From positions 1 to 51,429 of the forward strand of contig DATAMS010000647.1 of assembly GCA_036260495.1 (NCBI GenBank): DNA of 51,429 nt. Reading direction: 5' to 3'. The notes under the pieces were generated by a model that was not told the origin of the DNA, ran no database searches, and saw only the letters and a list, made by a program, of their open reading frames with translations. Both the position numbers and the translations under genes were made by a program. The stretch is from Thermoanaerobaculia bacterium (GTDB taxonomy: Bacteria > Acidobacteriota > Thermoanaerobaculia > Gp7-AA8). This document shows positions 8,214-16,439 of this stretch, piece by piece; the stretch's first letter is position 1; every line of letters starts with the position of its first letter.

Positions 8214-9071
8214 GTGCGCCGCCAGGCGCATGCAATCAATCAGGCGCGTTCTGCCCACCTTCACTGCACCGGCGATGAGGATATCGCGCTGAAAGTCTGC
8301 GGGTGCGAGGAACGTTTCGGGATCGACGACGGCCAGATAGTCGATCGTGACGCCGGGAGTTTCTTCGATTGTCTTCTGCATCAACATTTCGATCTTGCCC
8401 GCGTCGTGAACGCCTCGTCTGATCGCCTCTTCGCCAAGTCGCAACGCTCGATAAAGCGCAGGCGCGATCGCTCGTTCATCCGCCGAGAGGTAGCTGTTCC
8501 GCGACGATCGCGCCAGACCATCCGGCTCGCGCGCGGTTTCCGCGAAGACGAGCTTCACGGGGACATCGAGATCGCGGACCATCCGTTCGATCACGGCGCA
8601 TTGCTGCGCGTCTTTGCGGCCGAAGACGGCGAGGCCGGGCTGCACGATATTGAAGAGTTTCAGGACGACTGTGGCCACGCCGTCGAAGTGTCCCGGCCGG
8701 CGCTCGCCTTCGAGCGGCTTGGCCACGGCTCCGGCGCGGACCCAGGTCTGCGATCCGGGCGGATACATGACCGCGACCGTCGGTAGAAAGAGAACATCCG
8801 CACCTTTGCCTTCGAGCAACGCCGCGTCGCGCGCTTCATCGCGCGGATAGCGCTCGAAATCCTCATTCGGCCCGAACTGCGTCGGATTGACGAAGATTGA
8901 TACGACGATGAAGTCCGCGCCATTCGCGCGCGCCTCGTCGATGAGCGAGAGATGGCCATCGTGAAGAAAGCCCATCGTCGGGATGAAGCCGATGATTTTG
9001 CCGGCTGCTCGCGCGTTCGCAATGGCGTCGCGTGTCTCGTCGATGGTTCTTGTCGTGAGCATTCGCGGCAA
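8193..9071 (-). CDS. panC: Pantoate--beta-alanine ligase
   Basis: 292-aa ORF with PTMGFLHDGHLSL and VSIFVNPTQFGPNEDF motifs. The ORF opens with TTG at 9071; an ATG at 9062 is an alternative start. The stop at 8193 lies inside the right arm of the 8100-8213 palindrome. Confidence 0.9.
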   Translation of the reverse strand: MPRMLTTRTIDETRDAIANARAAGKIIGFIPTMGFLHDGHLSLIDEARANGADFIVVSIFVNPTQFGPNEDFERYPRDEARDAALLEGKGADVLFLPTVAVMYPPGSQTWVRAGAVAKPLEGERRPGHFDGVATVVLKLFNIVQPGLAVFGRKDAQQCAVIERMVRDLDVPVKLVFAETAREPDGLARSSRNSYLSADERAIAPALYRALRLGEEAIRRGVHDAGKIEMLMQKTIEETPGVTIDYLAVVDPETFLAPADFQRDILIAGAVKVGRTRLIDCMRLAAHALSVVG

Positions 9072-9075
9072 GAAC

Positions 9076-9951
9076 CTACTGCGCTTTCGGCATCTCGATC
9101 ACGATGCCCTCGCCGTACAACGCGCGCAAATCATCCGCGCTGGCCGCGTGGAACGACTCTTTCTGATCGTCAGGGAAACTTCCTTCGCGCACGTCATTGA
9201 GGTAATGCTCGATCGCGACGCGCATGTCATCGGCGATGTTTGCGTAGCGCCTCACGAATTTGGCCTGGTGGCCGTCGTAGATGCCGAGGAGATCGTGGAA
9301 GACGAGGACTTGTCCGTCGCAGGAAGGGCCGGCGCCGATGCCGAGCGTTGGAATCGAAACGCGCTCGGTGATCATCGCGGCCAGCTCCGACGGGACGCAC
9401 TCGAGCACGATCGAGAAACAGCCGGCTTGATCGAGCGCGAGCGCTTCATCGACGAGGCGGCGGGCATCGTCGAGATTCTTTCCCTGCAGTTTGAAGCCGC
9501 CGAGCGCGTTGACCGATTGCGGCGTGAGTCCGATGTGACCCATCACCGGAATCTCGGCGTCGAGGATGGCTTCGATGGCGCGAATGCGTGAAGCCTTGCC
9601 ACCTTCGACTTTGACCGCCTGCGCGCCGGCCTGGATGAAGCGGCCAGCATTGCGGACCGACTCCTCCAGGCTCACGTGATACGAGAGGTACGGCATGTCG
9701 CCGACGACGAGGGCGTGCGCGGCGCCGCGTGCGGCCGCGCGCGTGTGGTGGAGCATGTCGTCGACCGTGACGCTCAGCGTGTCGGGATAGCCGAGCACGA
9801 CCATGCCGAGGGAATCGCCGACCAGGATGATGTCGGAGCCGGCTGCGTCGGCGACCTTCGCGCTCGGGAAGTCGTACGCGGTGATCATCCCGATGCGCTT
9901 CTCGCCTTTCATGGCGCGGATGGCCGGGACGGTGATGCGTTTTTCTGCCAT
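9076..9951 (-). CDS. panB: 3-methyl-2-oxobutanoate hydroxymethyltransferase
   Basis: 291-aa ORF with MITAYDFPSAK, LVGDSLGMVVLGY and VKVEGG motifs typical of PanB. Confidence 0.95.
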   Translation of the reverse strand: MAEKRITVPAIRAMKGEKRIGMITAYDFPSAKVADAAGSDIILVGDSLGMVVLGYPDTLSVTVDDMLHHTRAAARGAAHALVVGDMPYLSYHVSLEESVRNAGRFIQAGAQAVKVEGGKASRIRAIEAILDAEIPVMGHIGLTPQSVNALGGFKLQGKNLDDARRLVDEALALDQAGCFSIVLECVPSELAAMITERVSIPTLGIGAGPSCDGQVLVFHDLLGIYDGHQAKFVRRYANIADDMRVAIEHYLNDVREGSFPDDQKESFHAASADDLRALYGEGIVIEMPKAQ

Positions 9952-9992
9952 GTGCTCCTCCGTGGGCCAGGAGGAGGAGAGTGAGTCAGCGA

Positions 9993-10089
9993 TCAGTAGA
10001 TTAGTGGTCAGTAGATTAGTGGATTAGGAAAAAACGTTCCTGGACCACCATCGACTGATCTACTCATCCACTATTCTACTAATCCACTG
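9993..10089. repeat. Imperfect palindrome built from tandem 15-mers
   Basis: TCAGTAGATTAGTGG occurs as a perfect tandem pair (9993-10022). It is mirrored by degenerate CCACTA(T/A)TCTAC-type units at 10046-10089. A central AGGAA/TTCCT hairpin is present. Confidence 0.75.
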
Positions 10090-10111
10090 CTTCCCGTCCC
10101 GGTCCGTTTGC

Positions 10112-10753
10112 TCAGGATCCAAGCGGTACGTAGTACTGCGTGCCCTTCTTTGCGTTTCGAATCTGCTCGATGAGCTGATCGAAATGCTCGGGCGTGTTGA
10201 CGAAATCGATCTCGTTCGTGTTCACGACCAGCAATGGCGTCTCGTCGTACCGGTAAAAGTAGTGTGAGTACGCCTCGCTGAGCTCTTGCAAATATTGTGG
10301 CGAGATCGACTTCTCGTAGGCCCGTCCGCGCTTCTTCACGCGTTTGAGTAGTGTATCAAGCGACGCCTGCAGATAGATAACCAGGTCCGGCTTCGGCACG
10401 CTGTCGTACAGGAGCTCGTACATCCGGTTGTAGATCATCAGCTCCGAATCTTCCAACGTCATGTACGCAAAGATCTTGTCTTTCGGAAACGAGTAGTCCG
10501 CGAGGATCAGCTCGGTGAAGAGATCGCGCTGCGAGATCGAGCGCTGCTGGTCGTAGCGCGAGAGCAGAAAAAAGAGCTGGCAGCGGAAGGCCGCGCCGCG
10601 CTTGTCTTTGTAGAAATCGGCAAGGAAGGGGTTGTCGACATCCTCGAGAATCTTCGTCCCGCGAAAGCGCTTGGCGAGCAGGTTCACCAGCGACGTCTTC
10701 CCGACGCCGATCGGTCCCTCGACGGCGATATGACGAAACGGCAGCGGCGGCAC
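10112..10753 (-). CDS. Deoxynucleoside kinase (dAK/dGK/dCK family)
   Basis: Only the C-terminal 213 aa of the 645-aa ORF look genuine. The start is a GTG at 10753 (VPPLPFRHIAVEGPIGVGKTS P-loop). The motif order is that of the dNK family (FLLSRY, DLVIYL, RVKKRGRAYE). Confidence 0.8.
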   Translation of the reverse strand: MPPLPFRHIAVEGPIGVGKTSLVNLLAKRFRGTKILEDVDNPFLADFYKDKRGAAFRCQLFFLLSRYDQQRSISQRDLFTELILADYSFPKDKIFAYMTLEDSELMIYNRMYELLYDSVPKPDLVIYLQASLDTLLKRVKKRGRAYEKSISPQYLQELSEAYSHYFYRYDETPLLVVNTNEIDFVNTPEHFDQLIEQIRNAKKGTQYYVPLGS

Positions 10754-10756
10754 GGA

Positions 10757-10839
10757 CGAAGGATAAGGGATGAAGGATGAAGGATGAAGAAAATGAGCGT
10801 GACGGCCTTCATCCTTCATCCTTCCGACTTCATCCTTCG
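10757..10839. repeat. Palindrome with GGATGAA heptamer arms in the divergent dNK/M16 spacer
   Basis: 34-nt arms at 10757-10790 and 10806-10839 match at about 27 of 34 positions. The spacer is 15 nt. The element fills 83 of the 108 nt between the two start codons. Confidence 0.85.
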
Positions 10840-10861
10840 CCTGTGATACAACCCCTCGCCG

Positions 10862-12118
10862 ATGCTTTCGATTGAAACCTACACTCTCGACAACGGCCTC
10901 CGAGTCGTCCTCAACGAAGATCACTCCGCACCGCTCGTCGCAGTCAACCTCTGGTATCACGTCGGCTCGAAGAACGAACGGCCGGGGCGCACGGGTTTTG
11001 CGCATCTGTTCGAGCACATGCTGTTCTCCGGCTCGGAGCACGTCGGCAACAACGAGCACTTTCGCTACGTGCAGTCCGTCGGCGGCGTGTTGAATGGCAC
11101 GACGTTCTTCGACCGCACGAATTACTTCGAGACGCTGCCGTCGAACTACCTCGCGCTCGGTCTCTGGCTCGAGTCCGATCGGATGGGCTTCTTCCTTCCC
11201 GCTCTGACGCAGGAGAAGCTCGACATCCAGCGCGAAGTGGTGAAGGAAGAACGCCGCCAGCGATACGACAACGTTCCGTACGGCACGGCGTTCGAACGCC
11301 TGCTCAAGCTCGCGTACGATCCCGATTACTCCTACCACTGGCCCACGATCGGCTCGATGGCCGACCTCGGCGCTGCGTCGCTCGACGACATCCGCGAGTT
11401 CTTCAGTACCTGGTACCGGCCCGACAACGCCACGCTCACGCTGATCGGCGATTTCGTTCCCGATGAAGCGAAGCAATTGGTCGAGCACTACTTTGGTTCG
11501 ATCCCCGCTGGAAAATCCTTTCCGAAGTTCGCACTGACGCGGAAGCCGCTGAACGGTGAGCGCCGCGAAACCGTCCCTTCGCCGGTGCAACTGCCGCGCG
11601 TTTACCGGCTCTATCACCTTCCGAAGATGGGACACCCTGATTGGATCGCCGCCGATCTGTTGTCGTCGGTGCTGAGCGGCGACAAAGCCAGCCGGTTCGA
11701 GAAAGCGCTCGTCCTCGAGCAGCAGATCGCGACCGACGTCGCCGCGTATGTGCTGCCAACCGAGTCGACCGGAATTCTCATGATGCAAGCGACGGCGAAC
11801 GACGACGTTCCGATCGAAGACGTCGAGCGCGCCATCGACGCCGAGATTGCCCGCGTCGTCTCGGATGGCATTACTGCCGATGAGCTGACCCGCGCGAAGA
11901 ACCGCGCCGAGGTCGAGTACGCGCACCAGATCGAAAACTACGACTCGCGCGCCGATCTGATCGGGATGATGGCGACGTACTTTGATGACCCTTCGATGGT
12001 TCACACGTGGCTCGATCCATACCGCGCCGCGACCAGCCACGACCTGCAACGCGTGACAGCCGAGTACCTCGTGCCCGACAACCGCGTGACCAGCACGTTC
12101 GTCCCGGAGACCGCATGA
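10862..12118 (+). CDS. M16 (pitrilysin) family zinc peptidase, catalytic-type subunit
   Basis: 418-aa ORF with an intact HxxEH zinc motif (GFAHLFEHMLFSGSEH). Confidence 0.85.
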   Translation: MLSIETYTLDNGLRVVLNEDHSAPLVAVNLWYHVGSKNERPGRTGFAHLFEHMLFSGSEHVGNNEHFRYVQSVGGVLNGTTFFDRTNYFETLPSNYLALGLWLESDRMGFFLPALTQEKLDIQREVVKEERRQRYDNVPYGTAFERLLKLAYDPDYSYHWPTIGSMADLGAASLDDIREFFSTWYRPDNATLTLIGDFVPDEAKQLVEHYFGSIPAGKSFPKFALTRKPLNGERRETVPSPVQLPRVYRLYHLPKMGHPDWIAADLLSSVLSGDKASRFEKALVLEQQIATDVAAYVLPTESTGILMMQATANDDVPIEDVERAIDAEIARVVSDGITADELTRAKNRAEVEYAHQIENYDSRADLIGMMATYFDDPSMVHTWLDPYRAATSHDLQRVTAEYLVPDNRVTSTFVPETA

Positions 12119-13485
12119 CGACGATCGACCGCACGACCGCGCCGCAGCCCGGCGCGCCGCGTCCGTACCATTTCCCGCAAGTCGTCCGCCGCACGCTCGA
12201 CAACGGGCTGCGCCTGCTCGTGGCGGAGAACCACAACGCGCCGCTTGTTTCGATGCGCACGCTGGTTCACTCCGGCGCTGATTACGATACGCCCGAGTTG
12301 GCAGGCCTGGCGTCGTTGACGTCGTCGCTGCTCGACGAAGGCGCCGGCACCCGCGACGCCGTTCGTCTCGCCGAAGACCTCGGCCTCCTCGGCGCGTCGC
12401 TAGGCAGCGGCGCCGATTGGGACGCGTCGTACGTCTCCGTCGATTCGCTCTCGCGTACGTTCGACGAGTCGCTGGCTATTTTCGCCGACGTCAATCGCCG
12501 CCCGATGCTGCCGGAGTCTTCGCTCGATCGCGTCCGCAGCGAGCGGCTCATGGAGTTGCTGCAGCAGAAGGATGATCCTGGCGCGATCGCGGGCAAGCGT
12601 TTCTCGCATCTGATCTACGGCCGCGGCACGTACGGCAACACGGTCATCGGTAATCCCGAATCAGTCGCGAACATCACGGTCGACGATGTTCGCCGCTACT
12701 ACGCCACGCATTTCGTTCCGAACAACGCCTCGATCGTTGTCGCGGGCGATGTCGATGCGCAAAAAGCGTTGGACGGACTGGCGCGCTTCTTCGGCGACTG
12801 GCCCGCGGTCGAAGTTCCTCCACGCCCTCAGATCTCGCCGAGAGCAAACGAAGCAAGCCGCATCTACCTGATCGACCGTCCCACAGCGGTGCAGTCGGAG
12901 ATCCGCGTCGGCCACATCGGCATCGCACGCAGCACCGAGGATTACTTCGCGCTCTCCGTGATGAACGCGCTCCTCGGCGGCGTCTTCAACTCGCGCATCA
13001 ACCTCAACCTGCGCGAAAAACACGGCTACACGTACGGCGCGCGCTCGGTCTTCGCGTTCCGCCGCCAGGCCGGCCCGTTTGTCGTCAGCGCTCCAGTCCG
13101 CAACGAAGTCACGCGCGAATCGGTGACCGAGGTGCTAGGCGAACTTCGCCGCATCCGCACCGGCGACGTCGAAGAGCGCGAGCTCGAAGACACGAAGAAC
13201 TACATCATGGGCTCGTTCCCCTCGACGGTGCAAAGCTCCAGCGACATCGCCGGCCGCGTGCTGGACATGGAGCTGAACAATCTGCCGCAAGACTACTTCG
13301 ACCGCTACCGCGAGAACATCGGCGCCGTCTCGAAAGAAGCGGTCGAGCACGTCGCCCAAAAGTACATCGACCCGGAGCGCGTCATCGTCGTGATCGTCGG
13401 CAATGCGTCGCAGATCCGGGAGCCGCTCGTGGCGCTCGGAATGCCGATTCACGAATTGGATATCGAGGGTCTGGCGATCGGGTAG
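12115..13485 (+). CDS. M16 family peptidase, non-catalytic-type subunit
   Basis: The start ATG at 12115 overlaps the upstream stop (ATGA). The layout is that of an M16 fold, but HxxEH is replaced (LTSSLLDEGAG). The ORF-track start at 12007 lies inside the upstream gene. Confidence 0.8.
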   Translation: MTTIDRTTAPQPGAPRPYHFPQVVRRTLDNGLRLLVAENHNAPLVSMRTLVHSGADYDTPELAGLASLTSSLLDEGAGTRDAVRLAEDLGLLGASLGSGADWDASYVSVDSLSRTFDESLAIFADVNRRPMLPESSLDRVRSERLMELLQQKDDPGAIAGKRFSHLIYGRGTYGNTVIGNPESVANITVDDVRRYYATHFVPNNASIVVAGDVDAQKALDGLARFFGDWPAVEVPPRPQISPRANEASRIYLIDRPTAVQSEIRVGHIGIARSTEDYFALSVMNALLGGVFNSRINLNLREKHGYTYGARSVFAFRRQAGPFVVSAPVRNEVTRESVTEVLGELRRIRTGDVEERELEDTKNYIMGSFPSTVQSSSDIAGRVLDMELNNLPQDYFDRYRENIGAVSKEAVEHVAQKYIDPERVIVVIVGNASQIREPLVALGMPIHELDIEGLAIG

Positions 13486-13489
13486 GGAA

Positions 13490-13669
13490 CCTGTCATTCC
13501 GAAACGGCGGAACCGCGGGGGCGGCGGGGCGGTGGGAGCGGTGGAGCACGGAGAGGAATCCCCTGACGATTGGAATGTACTCGCTTCGAAGGCGGGGGAT
13601 TTCTCATCGCGCTACACCGCTCACACCCACCCGGCCACCCCCGCGGTTCCGCCGATTCGAAATGACAGG
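13490..13669. repeat. 180-nt imperfect palindrome
   Basis: The left arm (13490-13543) and right arm (13615-13669) are about 85% complementary. They share the CCTGTCATT(C/T)CGAA...GGCGGAACCGCGGGGG core. An inner pair joins GAGAGGAATCCCC with GGGGGATTTCTC. Confidence 0.85.
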
Positions 13670-13749
13670 CGGTGCGTTCGCGATCCATACTTCCGTGACA
13701 TCGCCGATGCCTTCGAGTCTTAACTCTGACACCGAGGCGCGTTTAGCGA

Positions 13750-13776
13750 TTGGCGTAGTGGCAGCGCAGCTATAAT
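13750..13776 (+). promoter_or_regulatory. Candidate sigma70-type promoter giving a near-leaderless cyclase mRNA
   Basis: A perfect TATAAT (13771-13776) lies 11 nt upstream of the ATG at 13788. TTGGCG (13750-13755) lies 15 nt upstream of the -10. Confidence 0.35.
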
Positions 13777-13787
13777 CCTCCCTTCGA

Positions 13788-15455
13788 ATGGAGCAGCTCC
13801 AACTTCACTACGTCGATCTGGGTGTGCCGCGGGTCATGGACCTCAAGCATGAGCTGTCGGTGGGGCGCACCGAGGGGAATGATTTGATTTTGAATCACCC
13901 GTCGGTGTCGCGGAAGCATGCGAAGTTCGAGCTGCGAGGCGATCACTGGTGGGTGATCGATCTGAAATCGACGAACGGCGTGAAGGTGAACGGGAACCTC
14001 GTCACCGAGGCGCAGGTTGCGGCCGGCGAGAAGCTGTCGATCGGTTCCGTGCTCATCGATGTCCGCGCGCTTCCCTCCGTCGACTTCAACGCCGACTCGA
14101 TGTTCGACAACCCCTCGGGCACCGTCATCCGGCGCATCTCCGATTTCAATTCGGAGTTCGGACTCGACATCGCCGAGCTGGCGGACAAAGGTCCCGTCAC
14201 GCGGCCGCCCTCGCAGCCGGGACTCCGCGAGCCGGCGGTGTCGCGCGAGAAGATCTTCCAGGTTCTCGTACAGGTTGCGAAGGCGCTGCTCGCGTCGGAA
14301 GAGTTGCAGGTCGTGCTGACGACGGTGATGGACATCATCTTCCGCTACCTCCCGGTCGAGCGCGGCCTGATCATCCTGTTCGATGACGACGGCAATCCCG
14401 TCCCGAAGCTGACGAAGTTCATCGAAGGGGCGGAGCAGCAGGACATCCCCATCTCGCGCACGATTCTGAAGATGGTGTCGCAGCAGCAGGTGGCGCTGAT
14501 GACCTCGAACGCACTTGAAGACGCGCGCCTCCTCGGCGGGAAATCGATCGCCATTCACGGAATCCGTTCGGCGATGTGCGTGCCGCTGTGGAACCGGCAG
14601 CGCGTTATCGGCGCGGTGCAAGTCGATTCGCCGATTCACATCGGCAGCTTCACGGAAGAGGATCTCGATCTGCTCACGGCGCTGGCGAACTTTGCCGCCG
14701 TCGCGATCGAGCGCGCGCAACTTGCGGAAAAGATCGAGGAAGAGCGCAAGATCCGTTCGCGCATGGAGCGCTATCACTCGCCGGCCGTCGTCGATGAGAT
14801 CGTGAAGGGCTCGATCTCGACGGAGGCAGAAGTGCGCAGCACCGATGTCTCGATCCTCTTCGCGGACATCAGCGGCTTCACCACCGTCTCGGAGACGAAA
14901 AAGCCGGAGGAAGTGGCCGAGTTTCTCTCGCACTTTTTCGGATTCGCGGTGGAGTCGATCTTCGCGTACGGCGGAACGCTCGACAAATTCATCGGCGACG
15001 CGGTGATGGCGTTCTTCGGCGCGCCGCTGCCGCAGGACGATCACGCCGACCGCGCCGTTCTGACAGGTCTGATGCTGCAGCGTCTCGTGAACGATTGGAA
15101 CGTCGAGCGCGCAAAGACCGAGTTGCCTCCGGTGATGGTGCGCGTCGGCATCAACAGCGGCCTGGCCGTCGTCGGCAACGTCGGCACCGAGAAGCGCGTC
15201 GATTACACCGTCCTCGGATCGTCAGTGAACATCGCATCGCGCCTCGAAAGCGGCGTCGCCAAACCGGGCCAGGTCGTCATTTCCCAAAACACGATGGACC
15301 GGATCATGGGCAGCTTCGAGACGGAGTCGCTCGGCGAGTTTGCGCTGAAGGGCCTGCAACAGAAGATGCCGGTGTTCGAGGTGAGAGGAACCGTCGGTCT
15401 GTCCAGCGGCACTCCCGCCGGCGGGACGCCGAAGCTGCAGCCGGCAGCAAGTTAG
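13788..15455 (+). CDS. FHA-GAF-class III adenylate/guanylate cyclase
   Basis: 555-aa ORF. The N-terminus is FHA-like (LSVGRTEGNDLILNHPSVSRKHAKF...STNGVKVNG), the central region is GAF-like, and the C-terminus carries cyclase motifs (VSILFADISGFT, KFIGDAVMAFFGAP). Confidence 0.85.
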   Translation: MEQLQLHYVDLGVPRVMDLKHELSVGRTEGNDLILNHPSVSRKHAKFELRGDHWWVIDLKSTNGVKVNGNLVTEAQVAAGEKLSIGSVLIDVRALPSVDFNADSMFDNPSGTVIRRISDFNSEFGLDIAELADKGPVTRPPSQPGLREPAVSREKIFQVLVQVAKALLASEELQVVLTTVMDIIFRYLPVERGLIILFDDDGNPVPKLTKFIEGAEQQDIPISRTILKMVSQQQVALMTSNALEDARLLGGKSIAIHGIRSAMCVPLWNRQRVIGAVQVDSPIHIGSFTEEDLDLLTALANFAAVAIERAQLAEKIEEERKIRSRMERYHSPAVVDEIVKGSISTEAEVRSTDVSILFADISGFTTVSETKKPEEVAEFLSHFFGFAVESIFAYGGTLDKFIGDAVMAFFGAPLPQDDHADRAVLTGLMLQRLVNDWNVERAKTELPPVMVRVGINSGLAVVGNVGTEKRVDYTVLGSSVNIASRLESGVAKPGQVVISQNTMDRIMGSFETESLGEFALKGLQQKMPVFEVRGTVGLSSGTPAGGTPKLQPAAS

Positions 15456-15664
15456 TGGATAACCGCGATGACAAATCGTGAGCCGCGCCTTACCGACGAG
15501 CAGAGGAACGACCTTGTATTCGCCGACGTGAACGATCCTTCCGCGTGGGGAGATCCGATTGTCGTCGGGCCATCGAAGGGCCCTCGTCGCATCAAACACG
15601 AGGAGCATCTGGAGCCAGCTTCGAAATTCGACGTTCGCGGCTCCTGATCCATAATCGCGCCTCC

Positions 15665-16345
15665 ATGCCCTTTCTCGAAGCGCGGTCGCTGTCGAAAACG
15701 TATCGCAACGCGGAAGTTCCTGTGCCGGTGTTGAGCGGGTTGGAACTGACTGTGGAGCGAGGCGAGATGCTGGCCATCGTCGGGCCATCGGGTATCGGCA
15801 AGTCGACCTTGTTGCACCTGCTGGGCGGACTCGATCATCCAGACAGCGGCACGATTCGCGTCGGCGAAGCGGCGGTGTCGTCGATGAGCAACGACGAGCT
15901 GGCGCGCTTCCGCAACCAGAACGTCGGATTCGTTTTCCAGTTCCATCATCTGCTGCCCGAGTTCACGGCCGCCGAAAATGTGGCCATGCCGGGATGGATT
16001 GGACGATTCGGGAAAGACGAAGCGCTGAGCAAAGCGAATTCGCTTCTTGCTGAACTGGGACTCGAGCATCGCAGCCGGCATTTCCCGAATCAGCTCTCAG
16101 GCGGTGAACAACAACGCGTGGCCATCGCTCGAGCGCTCCTCGCCGATCCGTTACTTTTTCTCGCCGATGAGCCGACCGGAAATCTCGATCTCGAAACGAG
16201 TGAGCGGGTCTTCGATCTGATGCGCGAATGTCACGCCAAGCGCGGCCTTACCTCGGTCATCGTCACGCACAATCGTGATCTCGCCGCGCGCTGCGACCGC
16301 GTGTTCGAGATGAAGCAACGGGTAATCGCGGAGGCCGCGTCGTGA
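15665..16345 (+). CDS. lolD: LolD-like ABC transporter ATP-binding protein (no permease gene adjacent)
   Basis: Internal ATG at 15665 ([13 protein letters not shown]). Walker [10 protein letters not shown], the LolD-type stretch [21 protein letters not shown], the signature LSGGEQQRV and Walker [13 protein letters not shown] are all present. Confidence 0.7.
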   Translation: MPFLEARSLSKTYRNAEVPVPVLSGLELTVERGEMLAIVGPSGIGKSTLLHLLGGLDHPDSGTIRVGEAAVSSMSNDELARFRNQNVGFVFQFHHLLPEFTAAENVAMPGWIGRFGKDEALSKANSLLAELGLEHRSRHFPNQLSGGEQQRVAIARALLADPLLFLADEPTGNLDLETSERVFDLMRECHAKRGLTSVIVTHNRDLAARCDRVFEMKQRVIAEAAS

Positions 16346-16439
16346 GCGTGGCGGCCGTCACAGAACTGAGTGATTGCCCAAGAATGACGGAGGCCGGAAC
16401 GAAGTTATGACGGAGCGGCGGTAAACTATCCCCAACCTC

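Noticed and set aside
10754-12049. The N-terminal 430 aa of the 645-aa ORF 10112..12049.
   Set aside because: This part is antisense to the M16 peptidase gene and reads through the GGATGAA palindrome (…HPSSFIPYPSS…). Only the region from the GTG at 10753 has dNK motifs.
15468-15647. A 59-codon ORF (MTNREPRLTDEQRNDLVFADVNDPSAWGDPIVVGPSKGPRRIKHEEHLEPASKFDVRGS) in the cyclase/lolD spacer.
   Set aside because: It has no recognisable motif and no Shine-Dalgarno. Third-position GC (about 66%) is lower than in neighbouring genes. It could be real but cannot be supported from sequence alone.
15665-16345. The orphan LolD-like ATPase without lolC/lolE, considered as part of a novel system.
   Set aside because: Permease genes can be encoded elsewhere. 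The flanking genes (cyclase, clpC) show no coupling and there are clear spacers on both sides, so there is no evidence of a functional module in this window.
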